The notes under the pieces were generated by a model. That model worked only from the letters and a program-made list of their open reading frames with translations, ran no database searches and was not told where the DNA came from. Positions 1 through 11,968 of a stretch of DNA of 64,000 bases are shown piece by piece. The stretch comes from Asterias rubens (lineage: Eukaryota): contig NC_047081.1 of assembly GCF_902459465.1 (NCBI RefSeq), positions 11,656,001 through 11,720,000 on the forward strand, written 5' to 3'. Positions within the stretch are counted from its first letter, which is position 1, and the number at the start of each line of letters is the position of its first letter. The position numbers and the translations under genes are program-made.

Positions 1-71
1 ATTCGAATACATGTAGATGTTAAATCGTTTACAGTACCCGCTGCCAAAACATAGGGTTCGAACTGCCTTTA

Positions 72-235
72 GCCACCGGGCAATCTCGGTGGTCTAGTTG
101 GTATGACACTGCTCTAGAATTGCAAAGGTCGTGGGTTCGAATCCCACCCGAGTAATATGCAGAACTTGAGTAAGTACTGAGTATACAATGCTAACACACA
201 TCGGTGTTTATGGGTAAAAAAACAAAATTAATATT
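72..235 (+). mobile_element. tRNA-derived SINE (head and part of body)
   Basis: A-box GGTCTAGTTGG and B-box GGTTCGAATCC; imperfect cloverleaf; non-tRNA body shared with the copy at about 12755-12885. Confidence 0.7.
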
Positions 236-339
236 CATTTTATTCTGCACTTGTGTCCTACCCGCTGGTGTAATGAGGAGAACATCTCCAAGTCATATTT
301 TAACTTAAACTAACAACTTTTTTTATTGTTGTCTCGCAG

Positions 340-3300
340 TTGAGAAGAGAGAAAGTTGATCTTGAGAACTGTCTTGAGCAAGAGCAGGAGGCATTAGTGA
401 ACAGACTGTGGAAGAGGATGGACAGACTAGAGGCTGAGAAAAGGTGAGTCCCTTAAGATCTTACAAACATCTTACCTTGAACCACGCCCAAATCCATGAT
501 TTGTCATCATGACATGAAGTCCCTTTATTTCCAGATTGTTGTCACTGAGCACATAAAGAAAACTGAAATCAGCTGATAAAGTTTACTTGTGTATGACTGC
601 ACTTTTGTATCTACTGTCTTTATTTCAATGCATTTTTACTTTTGTATCTACTGTCTTTATTTCAATGCATTTTTACTGTTGTATCTACTGTCTTTATTTC
701 AATGCATTTTTACTGTTGTATCTACTGTCTTTATTTCAATGCATTTTTACTGTTGTATCTACTGTCTTTATTTCAATGCATTTTTACTGTTGTATCTACT
801 GTCTTTATTTCAATGCATTTTTACTGTTGTATCTACTGTCTTTATTTCAATGCATTTTTACTGTTGTATCTACTGTCTTTATTTCAATGCATTTTTACTG
901 TTGTATCTACTGTCTTTATTTCAATGCATTTTTACTGTTGTATCTATTGTCTTTATTTCATTGCATTTTACTGTTGTACTGTCTTTGTGTCAATGCATTT
1001 TTTAATGTTGTATCTACTGTCTTTATTGCAATGTTTTTGCATATTTTACTGTTGCACATGTATTAACTGCATGTTTACTGTTGTACATATCTACTGCTTT
1101 TATGTTTAATGCATTTTCACTGTTGTATCCACTATCTTTATTGCAGTGCATTTTTACTGTTGTATCTACTATCTTTATTGCATTGCATTTTTACTGTTGT
1201 ATCTACTGTCCTCATGTCAAAGCATTTTTACTGTTGTTTCTACTGTCTTTATTGCAATGTATTTTTAATGTTGTATCTACTGCCTTTATGTCAATGCATT
1301 TTTACTGTTTTTTTGGTTTTTTTTAATCCTTTAATTAACACTTAGAGGTTTAAATTTTTTAATTTATCTTTTTCCCCTTTTACTCTTTTTAATATTTATT
1401 TTTTTTATTTTTAGGTTTGGTGTCCTTTTTGGGCTTAAATTTTTTTATAGTTTAGTTTGAGGCCTACTTTACTCTGTAACTATTTGCTTTTTTTATGTGG
1501 CTAAGAATTTTAGGCCTATTTTACTCTGTCTCAGGGGGAAAAGTTACTGATGGGGCTACCCCATAGTTAGTTTTCCACCAAACATTGTAGTGTCCACGTT
1601 ACAACATTTTCCAGAACATGCGTTACAAATAATTTTTCAATCATCACTTTTATTAACAGAATGCTTCAAGAAAAGCTGGACGAGCCAGTGTCTGCTCCAG
1701 CCTCACCAAGGGAAATCAAAAACGGGAACACAACAGAAAACTTGTCGATTTACGTCGACCAGCTACGCAGTGAGGTCAGGAAACTTAAAGGTCAACTAAT
1801 GTCATCGCAGATGGAACGTAAGGAAAATGGCAACAATTAGGGGAGAGAGAGAACAAAATTTGTGTTATAATTTTATTTATATTTAGGTTGACATTTATGT
1901 GATCCTGTTTCAGCAGTGAAACCAATGAAGACGTACATGTACCTTGCTCTCTGGCATGACTGTTGACTACAGGCCTGGATTTACACAGTGGCCACACACA
2001 GGCCATAGCCTCAATTGCCCCTGGTCTCGGCCTTGGTGCCCCTTCAGAAGTTTCCTAAAGACTTCCAGATTTTCCATTAGAAGTGCCCTTTGCAAATTTG
2101 CCTTTGCTCAATGAAAGATGAAATTCGAGGGCTGGATTGATGTTTCTGTTTTCAATATGGAGAGGTTTGCGGTAACACCATGTAATGACTATCTCTAATG
2201 CGTTGGGGTGGTTCTGAAAAGAACCAATTGGTTTCAACTCGACGTTTCGATCCGTATGCTCTGATCGTCGTTTCTGATTTCTTTTTATTCCTTAGATCAA
2301 GAGAGAATGAATCACCTCGTTCAAGAGGAACGAGAAATCAAAGAAGAGAACCTCCGTCTACAACGCAAGCTCCTGTTGGAGCAAGAGAGAAGAGAAGCTC
2401 TTAGCAGGCACCTCTCAGAGAGCGAGTCCAGTCTGGAGATGGATGACGAGAGGCAGTTTAACGAGATGGCGGTCCATGGAAGCCTCAGACCTCGGACGAT
2501 ATCAAGCCCCATCCCGTACTCTCCCAACCCTAACAGACCCATATCACCAGGTATGTGAAGAATGAATGTCTCCAGTAGGATGTCCTAGAGAAGGCCATCA
2601 ATAGGGTCTTACAAATAGAAGGCAATCAAATGTCTTGGACACAAGACAGCTCTGAGTGCCTTGTGTGCATCTTTTCTTAGATACCTGATGGCTCTTGCTA
2701 TATATGTGAGATCTTAAAAATCTTTAGATTTTGAGAAAGATTTTGCTAGGGTACAAAAATACGAACATTTTCACTTGATGCATGATAGAATTGCTGTAAA
2801 TATTTTGAAGAATGATACCTGAAGAATGTCGACTAACTTTTGATAAAACTGCCAACCGCCTTCCTTCCCAGAGAATGTTTTTGTGTTATTTACATTTCTG
2901 TAAACTAGACATTGCATTTGAACACCTGTATTCTTTCCCCCACTGAGTGTTACATGAAATGCCTTGAGATATTATTTGTACCTCCATCATTGTTAAACAA
3001 GGGCTTAATTTCATAAAGCTGTTTCAAAGCAGAAAATATCACAACAAATTTGTGCTAAGCAAAATAAATAGGATACCAGTCAAGGATGGTATGTGACATG
3101 TTATTTTGGCTGGTAACCGTACCCTGGAAAGCACCATTTTGTCATGCTCAGCTACTTTGTTTGTTTAAGCAGCTCTATGAAATTGGGCCCTGATCTTCGT
3201 GAGAGCCTGTACACTACACTGTACCACTAGAGGGCCCTATGGTACACTTGCTGCCAACTGACTTGATTTAGTGTTTACTCTTTGCATCATGTTTTTAAGT

Positions 3301-6300
3301 TTTAAGTAGTTATTTCTATTTGGCAAAATTGTGTGTCAAGCGTTTATTTGAAGGCATGTTGTTGACCCTTTTCTGTCACTATACAGCATGTTGCATGATC
3401 GTTGTAAACCCATTATGATTTCTGCATTTTGCTTTTTCTTCTTTCCTCTCCCCCTTGTATACAACCCACATTGTCCATGCCTGCCTGATGCCCGTACATG
3501 TTGTGTATGTTGCAAATGTTGTCTGCTGCAACCACCTTGCTGACTTCTTGAACTGACAGCGTTGCACACCACTTTCTCCCCTTCCTCGTCTCCAGCGAGC
3601 CGAAGTACGCCCTTTGCCGTGGGGCCACCCAGTCATCCCTCCCCCATCAGCCCATTTGGAACGTCCCCACCAATCGGACCAAGTCATCTGGTACATGTGA
3701 GTATTGGATGAGTTCATTTTGGTCCAAGGGTTAAACAATCTAAAGTAAATCATATGTTTTGTTATCTTACATGTACCTCCTTTTTCACACAGTTCAGTAC
3801 AGTGGAAATTCTTTGAGATGACAAGAAAAACATCAACTTCTACCCTTGAATTTTCAAATTTACAAAAACTTTATAGTACTGGTTTACTCTCACAACAAAG
3901 TTCCATTCAAACAAGAAATATTTATTACAAGAAACTTGGGAATAACAGAAATCAAAGATCACATGTTCAGTCATGTGTACAAGTTCTTGAAAACTGTATA
4001 CACAACTTTTAGAGTGCAGGTTTAGCAGCAAATGTCCTGTTCAGAGTGCAGTCGTTGGTTTCAGGCTAGATTCAAATAATTGGTTTTAGGTACAGGTTGA
4101 CGACTGTCTATACCCACACATTACCTCTGAACCCAACAGCCAAAGCCATGTCCGTCTTTGGCTGTTACTGTAGCAAGATCCATGTAGTTGTCTATACTTC
4201 TTCATTTTCGTAAGCCGTAGCCAAAGACGTCTCATTCAGACCTAGCTAATTTACCCTCCGTATTTACATCTTCAGATGGGCTCTTCATCGCCTCAGGTCC
4301 AGGTAAGGTCAACGACCCTCAATGACCCCTAACCTGTAGCTTTCAACTTTGACTCTTTATAATAATGTACTGTAACCTCTGAACTCTGTAAACAACAATA
4401 GCCTAACATTCCCTTGCCCTTATCCCCCCCCCCTTTCTAATCTACAATACCTGCTTTTACTTAAGGCTCTATCCGAATTGCCGGCTGTGGCTTTGCTAAG
4501 GGGGTTTCTAGGGCAGTTTTTTTATATTCTTCAATGCATGTACCATGGTGATCCAGCCACAGCCGCTAATTCGGAAACTGCCAGAGACGGCTTCAGGAGT
4601 CACTGTAAATTGACTCCGCCTTCTTAACACATTTGACCTTTGACATTCTTAAAGGTATTTTTTTTTTAAACAAAAACTGCTTCAATCATGACACCCTCTT
4701 ATAGTGATGAATAATTGAAACTGATATTTAATGAGTGCTTATCTTCACTAACAATATTAGACATGACCAAAAAGTCTACAAATTTGTCATACTTTCCTTT
4801 CCATAAAGGCCTTCATTTTTATCGAGATATTACTGTCTTTTAATCTTAGGTTTCACAATCTGTTTTTTTTTTCCCAATCTTTTCAAAACATAACCTAAAA
4901 TATCTTATTACAGAATAACGCCTTCATCATTCATCACAAAAGTTTATTTAATTATTTACCCATGGCTTTTGATTGGTCAGAGGATTTCGCTAAAACAAAA
5001 TTCAAAATCCCTTGATTCTTCATAATTTCTGCTTCACTTTTCCTACTGCTGACAGATTTTCCGGGTACAAGAATCTTTATGGGAATGTTCTCTTTCGAAT
5101 CCAAGTAAATGTTAAACATGTTTTCCAACTGGATATCATGGTACCAAACAAAATTTAACATTCAAACAAGACTTGTTTTCTTTTTCTTTATACATTTTGT
5201 GACAGTTAATACATGAATAGTTTTGGGTCATTTCCAGGCCTGGAACTGCATGGAGGCCACGGATGCCATGGCCTCTGTTGCACCTGGTTTTAGTCTTCAT
5301 GCCCCTCCAAAAGTGTTCCATAGACTGTAAAAACTTTCCAAAGAAAGTGCCCTTTGCATAATGAAAATGGCCTTGCCCTCTCAAAGGTGGAATTCCAGGG
5401 GTTGATTTCACAAAGATAGTCCCAACTTAGGACTAGTCCTGGGACTCTTGAGGAGTTAATAGCAGCTTACGTCCAGTCCTAAGTTAGGGTGACTAACTCG
5501 TCCTTACTTGAGATAAGACTAGTCTTATCTCTTTGTGAAATCCAGCCCAGGCCCGCTTTACCCATAGTGTATAATGCCCTTTCAAACACTAGATCCACAT
5601 CTCTCCTTGTAAGGAGTTGTTCTTAATTCTTGCCCCCCTTGTTTGCACCCCCTTCAGATGGGCCATCCATCTCAGTCCCAGCTTCAGGTGAGTAAGCCGC
5701 ATCCTTAACCCAACTTAAAAGAGATGTCGAGTCGGAAAATCATTTGCGAGAGACAAAAACAAGAAATGTATAACCTGTACACACAGTTGGTTTGGAAAAT
5801 TTTCCCGCTCACATGTTGGAGCCCTTCTCAACAAATGGTTCAAAATCCAGCTTTGAGAATTTTTGGAGGGAAGACTGCTTTGTGAACATTCAAAGCTTGG
5901 CAAGAAGTCCTAAGTTTTGACATATAGTTATCAAGTGTCAAACTTTGTTTAACCTTAGAGTCATATCCAGAGTGCCTATGGTGGCTGAGAAGCGATTGAG
6001 AAGCACCACAGTGGTCCTGGAGCATGCACTTCAGTTGGTTGCCTCCAATTTGCCTGTAAAAGTTGCCTCCATTAGTAGACTTTTGAGACACTGGCGGCAG
6101 CAGACATAACATTCCGTTTTTACGGCTCTGAGCATGTGCGCATATGCTTAGTATTGCGTGTGTAGGTCTGAGCATGCGCACTACTGTGAAAAAGGACTGT
6201 CTAATAGTCTCCCATTTTTCCTTTAAAAGTTGCCTAGTGTGACAAGGCCCATAATCCGACAGAATAGAAAGATCATACTGTGTGCTAAATTTCATCATTA

Positions 6301-8216
6301 TGGAGACGGACTTGAACACAAGCTCGTTCATGTTGTTTAGTTTATAAACAGCGTAAACATGAAATATCAAGAGTCCAGTTATTCTACCATCAAAAAATAT
6401 CTTATGGCCCGATGGTTTCGACTCGAGCAGAGTCTTTCTCGAAGTCTACCATCCCAAGATTTGTTTATGAGTGGTGAGCTTGGTTTCTGCTCGACATCTC
6501 TCAGAAGTTGGTCCCCGCTACCAATATCATTTACTAACCTCTTTAATGACCTCAAAATGGAATGAAGGATGTGATGGGAGGTGGCATCTAATCACACAAA
6601 AAGCTTTATTAATGGTTTCCTGACAAGGTTTTGTCATGGGCCTAACATTGTGGTAATTTAAATGCTCAGGATTCTTGGTTTTAATAATTGGATTTTAACT
6701 GGTGGGAAAGTTCCACAGTTCCAAATCAAAGGCAGTGACTTAATTTGACCTCCTGTGACACTTCCAGGAGTGTTTAATTTTTGGGGGAAAAGAACTCCAA
6801 AGTAATTTCCAGCAATATCCTTCCCTGTCTTGTAGAAAATATTCCTCAAAATCTATTCACTTTTTATCTTCAAGATCATTTTCTGAATGCATTGCTGTCT
6901 CCGACATTGCAGCATGGAAATGTGGATAACAAATTAATTATGTGATAATTTGTCTATGGAATGCAAGCATCCAAAACCCATGCTTGTACAAAACTCTGTG
7001 AAAAACACAGGCATGTAACTTTTTGGCTGATTTTCCCACGTTATGGCTTCTCAGCTGTGCCATTAAAAACTGGAAAACGGGGCACTTTCCTCTTATTTTG
7101 ACAAACTGCAGTTGCAATGTCTGAAACAAAATCTGATTGTTTGAAAATAGATTTGATAAATGAATTAAATTGAATCTACTTATAAATATGGAAGTAATTG
7201 TACATTTGTTGTTAACTTCTTATTATCTGGTCCCTTAAGATGCCTTGCCTAACCCTTCATTTGAAAAATCATCTAACTTTGGGTTCCATTCTCATCTTTA
7301 CAGCATGTGCATCCATAACTTTACCCTTGTAACCTTTTGAGTATAAATCTTGAATTCTGTATCCTTTTGAGTGTCTGTATTCATTTCATCTTTTGAACAT
7401 TTCAAAGAGAACTGAAGATGGTGTGATGGATCTTAACCAACATTTACACTGGGAGTAGTAGTGCATGGATTCATAAATCTTTATTTTGTTTTTAATTAAT
7501 ATTTTCATTATTATAATGTCTGAACAAACTGCATGACAACAAAGATTGAACTCTCCTGATGTATCTAGGTGCTTGACCTCCCAATGTGAAATGAGAGGTC
7601 AATGTCATTTGACCTTTCTTTGACCTTTCATTCTGGAATAAATCTGACGGTAGTCCTTGTGTTCTGTATATTCTGTTTCTCTCTAGACTTGTGTTTTTCT
7701 AGAACATTTTTGGGACAGTCTGTGTTTGGGGTGATACTAGAATCAAAATCCACACCCAGCCCCGTATGTTGGGCGGAGTAGAATGAATTGTCCTGCTTAT
7801 TTTGTGTGTTTTAATGAAAGCCAGGAAAGTCAAAAGTAAAAAATAAAAATGTTTTTAAAGGTAAATTCCGTAAAAGAGGAATATTTTGTACTATTTTTTT
7901 CAAATTTTAATTGGCACAGTCCCTACCCCAATTCTTTTTTTACTTTTGTTTGAATTATTTGTTTTTATTCAAGTTATTCATTAATGGAAATAATAATGGT
8001 ACGGTTTGTAGATACTTTTTGATTTTGTAGATTGTGAGAAATGTTATTTTTGTAGTTGTCTGCTAAGATTCTCTAATGATGCAACAACTTGATCAAACTT
8101 TATCTTCTTTTACTCCTCATCTACAGAGGCACCGAGTTGCCGTGGCAACAGGAAGCAGCAATTCAGGAAGTCACAACCCTGAGAAGTTTATTAAGCCCTC
8201 TGCTCCGACCTCATAG
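340..8216 (+). CDS. CCDC6: Coiled-coil domain-containing protein 6, 3' portion (5' exons lie upstream of the window). Exons: 340-443, 1660-1817, 2296-2550, 3560-3690, microexons 4276-4302 and 5658-5687, terminal exon 8127-8216 (TAG)
   Basis: Translation gives [35 protein letters not shown] / [18 protein letters not shown] / [37 protein letters not shown], matching the conserved CCDC6 coiled coil as recalled. All junctions are AG/GT with consistent phases (2,1,1,0,0,0). The last exon's NPEKFIKP resembles the vertebrate SPDKFKRP. The 3' exons are less certain than the first three. Confidence 0.93.
604..1310. repeat. 37-bp minisatellite (GTATCTACTGTCTTTATTTCAATGCATTTTTACTGTT), about 19 copies, in a CCDC6 intron
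   Basis: The unit recurs at 607, 644, 681 ... 940, then degenerates to about 1310. Confidence 0.95.
3001..3190. mobile_element. MITE, GGGCCCAATTTCATAGAGCTGC-terminus family
   Basis: Imperfect TIRs gggcttaatttcataaagctg / cagctctatgaaattgggccc; related copies at 12385, 26920, 41642, 49758 and 55298. Confidence 0.8.
4276..4302 (+). CDS. CCDC6: CCDC6 27-nt phase-0 microexon (MGSSSPQVQ)
   Basis: Upstream ctaat branch-like motif, pyrimidine tract and ttcag acceptor; donor CAG|GTAAGG; frame-preserving. Confidence 0.65.
5398..5548. mobile_element. MITE with GATTTCACAAAG termini
   Basis: gggttgatttcacaaaga ... tctttgtgaaatccagccc; related to the copy at 13616-13744. Confidence 0.75.
5658..5687 (+). 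CDS. CCDC6: CCDC6 30-nt phase-0 microexon ([10 protein letters not shown])
   Basis: Pyrimidine tract ending ccccttcag; consensus donor CAG|GTGAGT; frame-preserving; similar to the 27-nt exon. Confidence 0.7.
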
Positions 8217-11200
8217 GAGGGGGCGGAGCTAGTACACCACCTTTAAGAGGGGTGGAGGTGAACAAAGGAAGATGAAGACTCTATTCTGATGAAGACGGAA
8301 GATTTAATGGAGATGGAGGAATTGAACTCGTTAAGGAAACCCTCCGGATGAGAGGTTGCCATGGTGATTGTTGCTATGGAAACAGTGATACATCTGTTGA
8401 GATAGTGGTAACTTCGGAGTTGCTTGAGCAAAAATCATATCCCCATTTGTGATTAGATTTCCTATTGGTGTTGAAGTTACACCTCGATCTGGAGTAAAAT
8501 GTTGGTTTCAGATTTTGATCCAGATGGATGCATGCTAAAAGAAATCCCAAAGCCAGTGAGCTTCGGTCGAAATTTGTTCCACGAGTAAACTTTTTTCTAT
8601 GTTGAACTTTTTTTTGCAGTCGATGAAAATTGCAGTCGCTGAAAATCTGTACAAATTGTTTGTGTCGTTTCGACAGATGGTTCAATTTAGCGCAACATTA
8701 AACGAAAAGATCCTCCTGTTAAAGAGTTTTGTGTATTTTGTAGATATCACTAGATTGATTTGGTTTCCTTCAGCTGGTGAACTCGGCAAAGGAACAAACT
8801 CAAGCCATAAATGTTTTAGATATTTGCATAGAATAACCCAACTGCAAGATAATTGTTGGCATTGTATAAAAAAAGTATCAGTAGTAAAAACGCTTCATAT
8901 TTTTGCAAAAACAAATATTTTTGCATTTTCTCGGATGGATGACTGTACATTTGAGGCAGAATTAAAGTTTATTCCAAACTTTGACAGACTTCTGTAAAAG
9001 TTGTGACTTTAAAAGTTTAATGGCAATTTGCTGTCAGTTTGAAATAATCTGGATTCTTAAAATGATGATAAAAGATTATAGATATTTAAGAGAAAAAATT
9101 GTGTATATATATAAAAAATTATATAAGTTTGCCTGATGCTGAGTTTGTAAATGTGAGGAATTGGGGGGAAAAGGCAAGTGTGCTGAAAGATTGTAGACGT
9201 AATCGATGACATTGAAAACTTCATCAACTTTAACCCAAGAAAACTTTTTTTTATTAGTGTTACTAACTTTTGACAAAGTTATAACTTAGAAAAATTCTTC
9301 ATGATCATGAAGGGGCACAGCAATTTTCCTCTGGTTAGGGGCACGCACCAGGCCATGAGGAAAATTAAAATTTTCATTGAAACCTTGCAAAGGGCACCAC
9401 AGAAAAAGCACAGGGCACCACGGCAATGGCTGTGGGTGCTGTGGGTTAATTTGAGGCCTGTTGTAATGCTTTACTCAAAACGTACGTCAGTATACAGTGC
9501 AGCGTTGACTCTTTCTCTGCCAGTTTTCACTGTAAAACTGTATACAATTCAGATTAATTTTACTGGAAAAGATTGAAACACTTTGGTCCTGTCTATATTA
9601 GTGGCTTCAGAGTGGCTACGGCTTGAATGCTGAAAAAGCAGCTAACAGCCAAAGTCGCTTGATTCAAAAATGGCTTTTGTTTAAAAGGAACCCTGTCTTG
9701 ATTTTGTGGGGTAAAGGTGCCCATTTTTTATTGTGCGTTTTGAGAGAATCGTTAAAAATAAATGTAGATGTATGTTGTATTTAAGATGGAAATGTAAGTG
9801 CAAAAGAGTTTCTTAAAGCCCACAGTAGTGTAGCAAGGCGTCACAAGGGAGGACTGGGCATCACTGGGCTGCAACTAATGGTCCAAATGGGTTCAACTGG
9901 GTGTTGAAGGGTTACTGAGGTAATCTCAATACTTTGCATCAATGTATGATGAATTTATTTTACTTTTTTTAAGAAAATGATTTTTGATCAGTTCTTGGTT
10001 TTTGTTTTATAAGTTTTATACAAAAAATGAAATGAAAATGTTGAACTCACCACGCTGAAGTGCTGTTCTAATTTGTCTGGTTAGAGTTAATAAATAAAAT
10101 GGATCAGTTCAGTACAGGCTGACAGTTTTTATTCTTTACAACAGTTCACGTTATTCTCCAAGATAATTATTGTTATGCTAAACATTGTCCCTGAGAAAAT
10201 GTTACTTTTACATCATTAATGCAAGTTCTGTGGAAAGAAAGAGGTGTGTTTTTAACACCTGCATTAAATGCAGTGTATACTTTTGGTAATTGTCAAAGAA
10301 CAGTGCCCTCAATTGGTGTATCACACCATGCTTAAAATAACAATCCTGTGTAAATTTGTGCTGAATTTGTCATCGAAGTTGAAAGAAAATAATGAAGAGC
10401 AATAGTTGTGTAGCAGTAGTCTCCCGCAGAGCCGCAGTATCGTGAGATAGTTATGAGAAAGATGTTTTGCTGTGATTGCGACAGACTTTTAACGACCTGT
10501 CCATAATTTCGCCAACCAATATTGTGCACATGCGATACGCAATTTACATAATGTCTTAGGAAGGGCCTGTTGTGTTAACAAGCTATTGGACAAAAAATTC
10601 TTGTTTGAAATGAAAATTGCACTTTTGTTAAGGTGTATAAAAAGTGGCAATGAAAGGTAACCTAGCTCCTATCACGATATAGCAGTGTTTTGTATAAAGG
10701 CAGAAGCGATGGTAGAAGTTGCAAGCTGTTCCCAAAACTAGAATATTAGTGTAGAAAAAGACCAGCCAATGGTACAGAAAATGCCTTTGTGTTTTTCAGA
10801 AGTAAAAACAAACGTTTTATTCAGTATTTAAATAAAGCCCACTCACAACAAGCAAAATTTAACACACAAGAAGGGCATAATTCGGCCAGTCTGTAAATCA
10901 CTATAGATACTCAAGAAGTATTTAGGACTCGTTTATTGTATATTCTTTGATAAATTGTTCAATCAAAGAAAACATTGCTCAAATTGTAATTGTGGCTAAA
11001 AAATAATGTATGGATGTAATAGTTTCAAGTTTAACAGACTGCACTGTGAAAAGGTAAACTTAGAAAGATTCGTGTTTGGTCAACCAAAGATTGAATTTGC
11101 TCAATTCCTTTTGGTTCGTACCATAGAAATAGAACTCGGACTGAGACTCCGTCATATTGTAAAATCCATTCATTCCTGAACCAGTGTTTTCTGCAATCCA

Positions 11201-11968
11201 CAATGTACCCTCATCTTAACGGTTTTGCAGATTGAAACCGTGTTTAAATTGATGGCTGCTGCTTTAAAATATTCAAGCCAGTTCGGTGTTTTCTGGCAAG
11301 CTGTAATGCCCTTATTTTATCAAGTGCGTAGCCTTGTTTGCCTTAAGAACCGTCCAAGTTCCTATCGAGCTAAGTGGTGGGGGGTTGAGTTTAATTAGTC
11401 GCATTCTTAACATTTCTGCAATTGTTACAGTGCCTAAAGAGTAAAGTACCAAAATGTAATCACTTTTGCAAAACGTTTCTTTGTGAATCAGTGTATAGAG
11501 AAGATTGTCGTTGGTCAAAATCCATTAATTTTTGTTTTCTTGCCAATTTGTTGTTTCCATGAGCTTTGGGGTGAATCCATAGTGAAAGAAGGAAACTTGT
11601 TGCATTACACTTGTACCAGTCCTTGTTGTGGCCGTCTTGACCAAGAAAATGATCGAGCTTACTTGAAGCTTGAGAAAACTCCAAAGATGTAATAAGTTCC
11701 TTCAATCAGTAACTTTTGGCTTTGTCACAGGGCGTTTTAATTTGTGCAGTATGTTACCATAACTATGTGGCATTGCGTTTTCGTTCTTATTCACACACTT
11801 GAATGTAAATGTAATATAAAAGAGTTCTTAAAACAATAAAAAGAAGTTAAAAACCTGTACATTGAGTCTAATTGCCTTTAATTGCAGTAAATCATTAAAA
11901 TAATTTCAGATCATATTTAAAACCATTCCACAGTTTTCTCTAAAATCAATTCAGCATAAATATCCTAC

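Noticed and set aside
85-160. Apparent tRNA gene
   Set aside because: The anticodon stem is mismatched and the acceptor stem short. It continues into a body shared with another copy at about 12755, so it is a tRNA-derived SINE head.
587-1345. Several long hydrophobic ORFs on the plus strand
   Set aside because: They are translations of the 37-bp intronic minisatellite, with no splice context or domain similarity.
3379-3753. Minus-strand ORFs of 124 and 71 aa
   Set aside because: They are antisense shadows of the Pro/Ser-rich CCDC6 exon 3560-3690.
3790-4012. Acceptor-like tract (tttttcacacag) that could start an alternative terminal CCDC6 exon
   Set aside because: There is no homology or other support, and the three adjacent AGs give unrelated short peptides.
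8217-8500. Purine-rich, coding-looking sequence after the CCDC6 stop (read-through or extension)
   Set aside because: All three frames are interrupted by stops within about 50 nt, and no acceptor links the longer open stretch to the CDS.
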